From a virus, in the IMG/VR virus record IMGVR_UViG_3300045988_177154, positions 1-64,000 of that record: 64,000 bases of DNA; one strand, given 5' to 3'. The notes beneath the pieces were generated by a model. That model did no database searches. It worked only from the letters and a program-made list of their open reading frames with translations, and was not told the DNA's origin. Both the position numbers and the translations under genes were made by a program. Of this stretch, positions 59,055 to 64,000 are shown piece after piece (positions within the stretch are counted from its first letter, which is position 1; each line of letters starts with the position of its first letter).

Positions 59055-59172
59055 TCTCAAACTGATTTTGAGGGTTGTTATATCGCCAATGAGTTGTTCA
59101 AAATGCTATTGTTTTCCAACTTCGATACATTTATCGAAACTTAGAAAAGAACAGCTGAGAACAGCTCATTTT
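59055..59172 (-). repeat. intergenic repeat family A, copy A8 (inverted; central hairpin flipped relative to its flanks)
   Basis: Plus strand reads CTCAAACTGATTTTGAGGGTTGTTATATCG... (reverse of the A-family end) but TCGATACATTTATCGA in forward polarity. Confidence 0.75.
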
Positions 59173-59198
59173 TCTGTTTATAAAGATTTACTTTTTTG

Positions 59199-59227
59199 TT
59201 GACAAAATCAAATGTTTATGATACAAT
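59199..59227 (+). promoter_or_regulatory. sigma-A-type promoter TTGACA-17-TACAAT
   Basis: TTGACA at 59199-59204 and TACAAT at 59222-59227. Confidence 0.85.
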
Positions 59228-59261
59228 AAAATAAATTAAAGAAATAAAGGAGTCTTATATC

Positions 59262-59630
59262 ATGGCAGAAATTGAAGTTATTAAAACTTATCGAGTAGGA
59301 AATGAATCGTTTGATACTCAAGAGGAAGCAGAACGCTACTTAGAAGAACAAAAGAAACTTGTTTTGCTAGAAAATCCAATCTATAAAGATAGTGAATTTC
59401 ATGCTACTTCTTATTATGAGCATTATGTTTATCAAGGTGGAGAGCATGAGCACCGTCATTGTGTGGGTAGATTTACTACATTAGCTGAAGCTGTAAACAA
59501 TATGAAAAATTTTCAAAATAGCATGGGTAAACCAGGCTCAGGATATATTGATTTTGTCAAAATCACAAAGCAAGAAAATACACAAGGATTAGTTAAGATT
59601 GAACGAATTACTATTTTATCCGTAGTTTAA
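59262..59630 (+). CDS. hypothetical protein
   Basis: 122-aa ORF with an AAAGGAG SD. Confidence 0.8.
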   Translation: MAEIEVIKTYRVGNESFDTQEEAERYLEEQKKLVLLENPIYKDSEFHATSYYEHYVYQGGEHEHRHCVGRFTTLAEAVNNMKNFQNSMGKPGSGYIDFVKITKQENTQGLVKIERITILSVV

Positions 59631-59662
59631 AAAATAACATTATTAAATCTAAAGGAGTCTTT

Positions 59663-60205
59663 ATGCCTAAACAAGAAAAACAAGCTAAACAATTTGCTTA
59701 TAAAGCACATAAAGGAATGAAAAGAAAAGGAAAAGACACCCCCTTTACTTATCATTTAGAATTAGTAAATAAAATTTTAAAAACTTTAACAACAGATGAT
59801 GAAATATTAGCTGTTGGATGGCTTCATGATGTTATTGAAGATACTCCAATCACATTAGATGAACTTAAAAAAGAATTTAATTCTAAGATTTGTTATTATG
59901 TAGACTTAGAAACAGAAGATAAGTCTTTGCCTTGGAAAGATAGAAAATTAAAACAAATCGAAGAATTAAGGCGAAATAATTTTGAAGTTGCTCTTATTGC
60001 TTATGCAGACAAAATGGCTAACATGACTGAAATGTTTGATGATTACAAAATTATCAAAGATGAACTATGGCAACGCTTCAATCGTGGAAAAGAAAAACAA
60101 TATTGGTACTACTTAGAGTTTTATAAGATTTTTTGCTACAATGAATTGATTGATAAAGAACATTTAAAAGAATATGAAATGTTACTAGAAAAATTATTTA
60201 AGTAA
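59663..60205 (+). CDS. RelA/SpoT-type HD-domain small alarmone hydrolase-like protein
   Basis: QAKQFAYKAHKGMKRKGKDTPFTYHLELV...AVGWLHDVIEDT is the classic (p)ppGpp-hydrolase HD signature. 180 aa, single domain. Confidence 0.7.
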   Translation: MPKQEKQAKQFAYKAHKGMKRKGKDTPFTYHLELVNKILKTLTTDDEILAVGWLHDVIEDTPITLDELKKEFNSKICYYVDLETEDKSLPWKDRKLKQIEELRRNNFEVALIAYADKMANMTEMFDDYKIIKDELWQRFNRGKEKQYWYYLEFYKIFCYNELIDKEHLKEYEMLLEKLFK

Positions 60206-60238
60206 AAAGATATAACTCCTAAAAGGAGTAAATCCAAA

Positions 60239-61279
60239 ATGGGTAAGTATCATATAAATTTAAAGGGTGAAGTTGCTATTTGTAGAGCAATGGAGCATTG
60301 CCCTTTGGGGGGAGCACATTTTGAGCATCAAGCAGAAGCAATAGAATATGCTGATAGAATGAATGAAACTGTTATCAATAGTAATTTGCCTGAAGATTTA
60401 GCTAGAATGGAATATATTGAAGAAGATATTTTTAGGCATAAATTTATTCATGATGAAGATTATTCTATGCAAGAAGCTCTGAAAAGAGGTGAGTACGTTG
60501 AGAAAAGAGTAGAATATGCTAGAACAGTTGAAAAACTAGATTCTAAAAGCTTATACTATGATGAAACGATTGAAGATTATTCACCAGAAAGAAAAGCACT
60601 TCACAATAGATTGCTAAGAGAAGTCTTAGATAAATATAAAGATGTACCATGTGAAGCAAAAGTCTTTATGTCTGGTGGAATTTCAGGTGCTGGTAAAACT
60701 ACAATCCTATCAAAAATGGGAATAGATTTTCAAAACTATGCTACTGTTTCATCAGATGACTTCAAAGAATTACTTGCTAGAGAAGGTGCAATACCTCATG
60801 TAGAAGGCTTAACTCCTATGGAAGCATCAAGTCTTGTACATGAAGAATCTTCTCATTTGGCAGATAGATTATTACTCAACCTAGCTAACCAAAGAAAGAA
60901 TTTAATTTATGATTTTACTATGAAATCTGAATCAACTACTATGACTAGAATTGGAACGTTGAATAACTTCGGTTATCAAAATGAAGATATAAGGATAGTC
61001 TTTGTAGATGTTCCATTATCTGTTTCTAAAGGTAGAGCTAAAACAAGATACATGGTTGGATTAAATAACTTTGATTTAGGTGGAAGATGGGTGCCATCAT
61101 TTGTAGCAGATAAACAAAAAGCTAAGACTAATAGATTTAATACTGCTAATGCAGAAACATTAGTTACAATGGGAAGTAAATTAGAAGCAGACGGTTTCCC
61201 AACTCCAATTGTTTACGATAACACGGATGTTGCTAAGAAAATAGACTTTAATGAATTTAGAAAGGGATATAGAGAATGA
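60239..61279 (+). CDS. zeta-toxin/AAA_33-like P-loop kinase with N-terminal MGKYHI His/Cys mini-module
   Basis: MGKYHINLKGEVAICRAMEHCPLGGAHFEHQAEAIEYAD at the N-terminus. Walker A FMSGGISGAGKTTILS followed by VSSDDFKELL. Confidence 0.65.
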   Translation: MGKYHINLKGEVAICRAMEHCPLGGAHFEHQAEAIEYADRMNETVINSNLPEDLARMEYIEEDIFRHKFIHDEDYSMQEALKRGEYVEKRVEYARTVEKLDSKSLYYDETIEDYSPERKALHNRLLREVLDKYKDVPCEAKVFMSGGISGAGKTTILSKMGIDFQNYATVSSDDFKELLAREGAIPHVEGLTPMEASSLVHEESSHLADRLLLNLANQRKNLIYDFTMKSESTTMTRIGTLNNFGYQNEDIRIVFVDVPLSVSKGRAKTRYMVGLNNFDLGGRWVPSFVADKQKAKTNRFNTANAETLVTMGSKLEADGFPTPIVYDNTDVAKKIDFNEFRKGYRE

Positions 61280-61515
61280 ACTTAATTAAAATTGCTGAAA
61301 AATGGAAAAACAACTTATATAAAGATGATAAAGAATTAAAGGAAGATTTAGATAAAGTTAAAATCTTTACGCCTATTACTTCTGCAACCGTTGATGAAGA
61401 TTCTATCTCATTTGACGGAAGCGGTAATAGCTTCCTTGAAGTAGGGGAACTTGTTTTCAAAGATGATTCACAAAATTATCATGAATTTGTTAAATTAGTA
61501 AAGAAATTGAAATAA
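61276..61515 (+). CDS. small acidic protein translationally coupled to the zeta-like kinase
   Basis: ATGA start/stop overlap. 79 aa, rich in D/E. Confidence 0.7.
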   Translation: MNLIKIAEKWKNNLYKDDKELKEDLDKVKIFTPITSATVDEDSISFDGSGNSFLEVGELVFKDDSQNYHEFVKLVKKLK

Positions 61516-61525
61516 AAATGTAACA

Positions 61526-61557
61526 AAAGAGCCGTATTTTTATATGGCTCTTTTTCT
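61526..61557 (+). terminator. intrinsic terminator
   Basis: Hairpin AGAGCC-gtatttttatat-GGCTCT followed by TTTTT. Confidence 0.75.
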
Positions 61558-61690
61558 TATTCTAAGCAGTTCTGAGCGATTTGTAGCATAACGCACACAT
61601 TCTATCAAGAGTAACATAAAACTGTCTTAGCAGCTGAATTACGGCCACTCATAACGTTTTAGCATAGAGCTAATAACTTAGATTTGCTCA
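61558..61690. repeat. possible highly diverged family-A-like repeat (A10)
   Basis: TCTAAGCAGTTCTGAGCGATTTGTAG and GTCTTAGCAGCTGAATT resemble A-family end motifs. The alignment is patchy. Confidence 0.3.
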
Positions 61691-61773
61691 AAAGGACGAA
61701 AATTTGAAAAAGGTCAGTTTTTGTGATAAAATAGTGATATAAAATAAATACTTTCAAAAAGGAGAAATTTTAT

Positions 61774-62634
61774 TTGAAGAAATATACTAAGAAAATAATC
61801 ATTGGATTGTTAGCAAGTACTGCCTTATTCGGTAGTGTTGCATACAGTGAAGAAATCCAAACAGTTGCTGTTGACACTTTAAATTTTGTTACTAATACAA
61901 AAGTTGCAACAGAAGAAGATGTAATTAAAGCAAAAGATACTATCAATGAGCTTAATCTAACTAAGGAATACAAAGAGTCTACAAAGGACTCTATTAAAGT
62001 TAGAATGCCTGAAGATGAAGTTTATAATATTGTTAAAACTGCTAAAACAGAATCAGAAAATAATTCTAAAGTTGAAAATAACAAAGCTTCTGAATTAGTA
62101 GACAAATATAATTCATCTAAGACAGAATATAATTATAGAACTGCTAAAGATTATATTGCTACTATTTTTGACTCATCTGAACAAAAAACTCTTTTAGAAA
62201 AATTAGATAAATCTTATAAAGACGAACAAAAGAGAATTGAGGAAGAGAAAAAGAAACAAGAAGAAGCAGAGGCGCAAGCTAGACGAAATAATATTCAATT
62301 TGGCTCTAATGGATTACTTGTGGAACATTCAAGTGATAATGCTGAAAGAGTTATTACATTATTACTTGCAATTCCAAATCATAAAAATGGCTCTGCTTAT
62401 CATGCACAAATTGACCCAATTATCGACCAATTATCTGCAGCTGAAGCGGTTCATGTTATCCATAGAATTGAAGGGGCTGGATTTGGTCAAACTGCCGATG
62501 GATTAGCTGGTGTAGATTCACCTGCAACACATAGAGCTTTTGTGGAAAGACAAGTAAATGGACGTAGGGAATTTGGGGGTTCCATTCATCAATTATTAAA
62601 ATTGTGGGGAACATTTGATTACGGCGGATATTAA
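61774..62634 (+). CDS. secreted protein (signal peptide, Lys/Glu-rich linker, conserved C-terminal domain)
   Basis: TTG start 9 nt after GGAG. Signal peptide [20 protein letters not shown]. The C-terminal domain is not recognised. Confidence 0.7.
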   Translation: MKKYTKKIIIGLLASTALFGSVAYSEEIQTVAVDTLNFVTNTKVATEEDVIKAKDTINELNLTKEYKESTKDSIKVRMPEDEVYNIVKTAKTESENNSKVENNKASELVDKYNSSKTEYNYRTAKDYIATIFDSSEQKTLLEKLDKSYKDEQKRIEEEKKKQEEAEAQARRNNIQFGSNGLLVEHSSDNAERVITLLLAIPNHKNGSAYHAQIDPIIDQLSAAEAVHVIHRIEGAGFGQTADGLAGVDSPATHRAFVERQVNGRREFGGSIHQLLKLWGTFDYGGY

Positions 62635-62654
62635 AACAAAAAGGAACTAAAAAT

Positions 62655-63593
62655 ATGATTAACAAAGACTCATTTAAGAAAAACAAAAATCGAATTATTG
62701 CGGGTGGTGCTCTAATCCTTATGGTTGGAACACCAATCCTATCAATCATTGCTTCAAATACAAATCATTCTACTCATACGCAGACTGAAACTACTACTAA
62801 AGAACCTGAAACTGAAAAATTTGATTTGGATGCTGTAGCAAAAACACAAGAAGAAGTTAAAAAAGAAGCAGATGAAGCTATTGAAAAGCTAAAAGAGCTT
62901 GATTTAACAGAAACAGAAAAGACAGATATTATTCAATCATTAAAAGAAGCAAATTCTAAAGATAGAGTTAAACAAATTCTTGATGAAGCTATTCTGAAAT
63001 CTGATAATAAGAAAAAAGAAGCAGAAGCTAAAAAGGCTGAAGAAGAAAAAGCTAATAAAATCAAGAAATACTCTGATTTAGTAGATAAAGCAGAAAAAGA
63101 TAAAACAGTTGAAGCTTTCAATAAAGCAGCTACTGAAATTGCTAGTTCTGATTTATCTGATTCAGAAAAAGAAACTCTTTATGTTCGTTTAAGAAAATTA
63201 GAAGCAGAAATTACAGAACCTGAAACTACAACTCAAACAACACAAGCTTCTGCTCAATCAAATCCAACACCACAACCGACTTCTTATACATCATCTGAAC
63301 CATCTAATGTTGTATTATCAAATGGTAACACACCTGGTGAAGTTGGAACATATGCAGCTAAAAGAATGGCTGAAGCTACTGGAGTAGCACAATCTACATG
63401 GGAATATATTATTGCTAGAGAAAGCAATGGAAATCCAAATGCTTATAATCCAAGTGGTGCTTCTGGGCTATTCCAAACAATGCCTTTCTGGGGAGATACT
63501 TCAACTGTAGAAGCACAAATCCAAACAGCATTAAAAGCTTACAATGCAGCTAAATCTGCTTATGGAAATGGACTACAACCTTGGGCGCTATAA
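62655..63593 (+). CDS. membrane-anchored/secreted protein with C-terminal transglycosylase-like domain
   Basis: N-terminal [23 protein letters not shown]-terminal [32 protein letters not shown] resembles IsaA/SceD/Apf-type muramidase-like domains. Confidence 0.6.
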   Translation: MINKDSFKKNKNRIIAGGALILMVGTPILSIIASNTNHSTHTQTETTTKEPETEKFDLDAVAKTQEEVKKEADEAIEKLKELDLTETEKTDIIQSLKEANSKDRVKQILDEAILKSDNKKKEAEAKKAEEEKANKIKKYSDLVDKAEKDKTVEAFNKAATEIASSDLSDSEKETLYVRLRKLEAEITEPETTTQTTQASAQSNPTPQPTSYTSSEPSNVVLSNGNTPGEVGTYAAKRMAEATGVAQSTWEYIIARESNGNPNAYNPSGASGLFQTMPFWGDTSTVEAQIQTALKAYNAAKSAYGNGLQPWAL

Positions 63594-63612
63594 AATAAAA
63601 TATAAAACTAAT

Positions 63613-63638
63613 AGGAGCAATGATTTGCTCCTTTTTTA
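63613..63638 (+). terminator. intrinsic terminator
   Basis: Hairpin AGGAGCAA-tgat-TTGCTCCT followed by TTTTTT. Confidence 0.8.
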
Positions 63639-63698
63639 TTGACTTTATAAGATTAACTTGTTACAATAAGAATGAATAAAAATATTACGGAGAATAGA

Positions 63699-64000
63699 AT
63701 GAAATATTTTGATTGCTGGTTGAGGCGGATTGATAAGAAAGAATATGCAAGAATACAGCAAAGAAAAGAATTATATGAAAAAGGTTTAGGTAGAGTTTTC
63801 GTTTTTCTTGATGTGGACGGAGTGTTAAATATTAACCGAACTGATGATAAATTTACTTATATAACTTCATCTACGGTATGGAAGATTAGAAATGAAGTTC
63901 TAGCTTGGATAAAAGAAATGAGTAACTTTATCAATGTACAATTCATCTGGTTATCAACTTGGCAAAATGAATGTAATGAGATTAACAAAGCTCTGAATAT
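63699..64000 (+). CDS. HAD-superfamily-like protein, 5' part only (runs off the right edge)
   Basis: ATG 63699 with a GGAG SD, behind TTGACT-17-TACAAT (about 63640-63668). The FVFLDVDGVLN motif is the HAD motif I pattern. Confidence 0.55.
   Translation, partial: MKYFDCWLRRIDKKEYARIQQRKELYEKGLGRVFVFLDVDGVLNINRTDDKFTYITSSTVWKIRNEVLAWIKEMSNFINVQFIWLSTWQNECNEINKALN

Noticed and set aside
1-64000. CRISPR arrays, tRNA/rRNA genes, a lysogeny module (tyrosine integrase, repressor, att) and DGR/retron reverse transcriptases.
   Set aside because: No regularly spaced short direct repeats with unique spacers are present. No cloverleaf-compatible sequences were found. The only recombinase is the IS607 serine recombinase. 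No reverse-transcriptase-like ORF (YxDD) was noticed.

Overview
The window is AT-rich (about 30% GC by eye) and densely packed. It reads as an early or accessory, host-takeover-like region of a large, probably virulent phage of a low-GC Gram-positive (Lactobacillales-like) host. It holds about 110 mostly small ORFs, and most have no function I can recognise. Most sit in short units with a near-consensus sigma-A promoter (TTGACA-17-TATAAT) fused to a conserved leader (ATAACTATAAAGAAATGAAAAGAGG), and many units end in a hairpin terminator. I see no capsid, tail, lysis or lysogeny module, no rRNA or tRNA, and no CRISPR array.

Recognisable genes, called from motifs only because I could run no searches:
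- An intact IS607-type element (serine-recombinase TnpA plus TnpB plus a 3' non-coding tail) inserted in a phage gene block.
- A second, decayed IS607 derivative: a TnpA C-terminal stub plus a TnpB-like ORF that lacks the Zn ribbon and has His at the RuvC-III Asp position. It sits behind a phage-type promoter.
- A host-type NAD+ salvage operon (NadR, PnuC, Nudix/NrtR-like) with a perfect 20-bp palindrome in its leader.
- Replication and nucleic-acid genes: an AEP primase-polymerase-like 861-aa protein followed by a 592-bp ORF-free repeat-bearing region, a PIF1/RecD-like helicase, a P-loop kinase-HD fusion, and a HAD-like partial ORF.
- Other enzymes: NrdI, a RelA/SpoT-type HD small alarmone hydrolase next to a zeta-toxin-like kinase, and a GNAT.
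- Other protein families: an EndA-like lipoprotein nuclease, two SprT-like metalloproteases, YopX, YiaAB and DUF975 membrane proteins, and secreted transglycosylase-like proteins.

Non-genic structure:
- A roughly 115-bp intergenic repeat family with at least 9 copies in both orientations.
- A second related repeat family with 2 inverted copies.
- A GC-enriched structured leader RNA with its own promoter.
- An orphan promoter-terminator pair that defines a roughly 80-nt sRNA candidate.
- Many tandem paralog arrays.
- A shared N-terminal His/Cys mini-module on three otherwise unrelated proteins.

Gene starts were re-evaluated from SD and promoter context where noted. Family assignments need HMM or structure confirmation.
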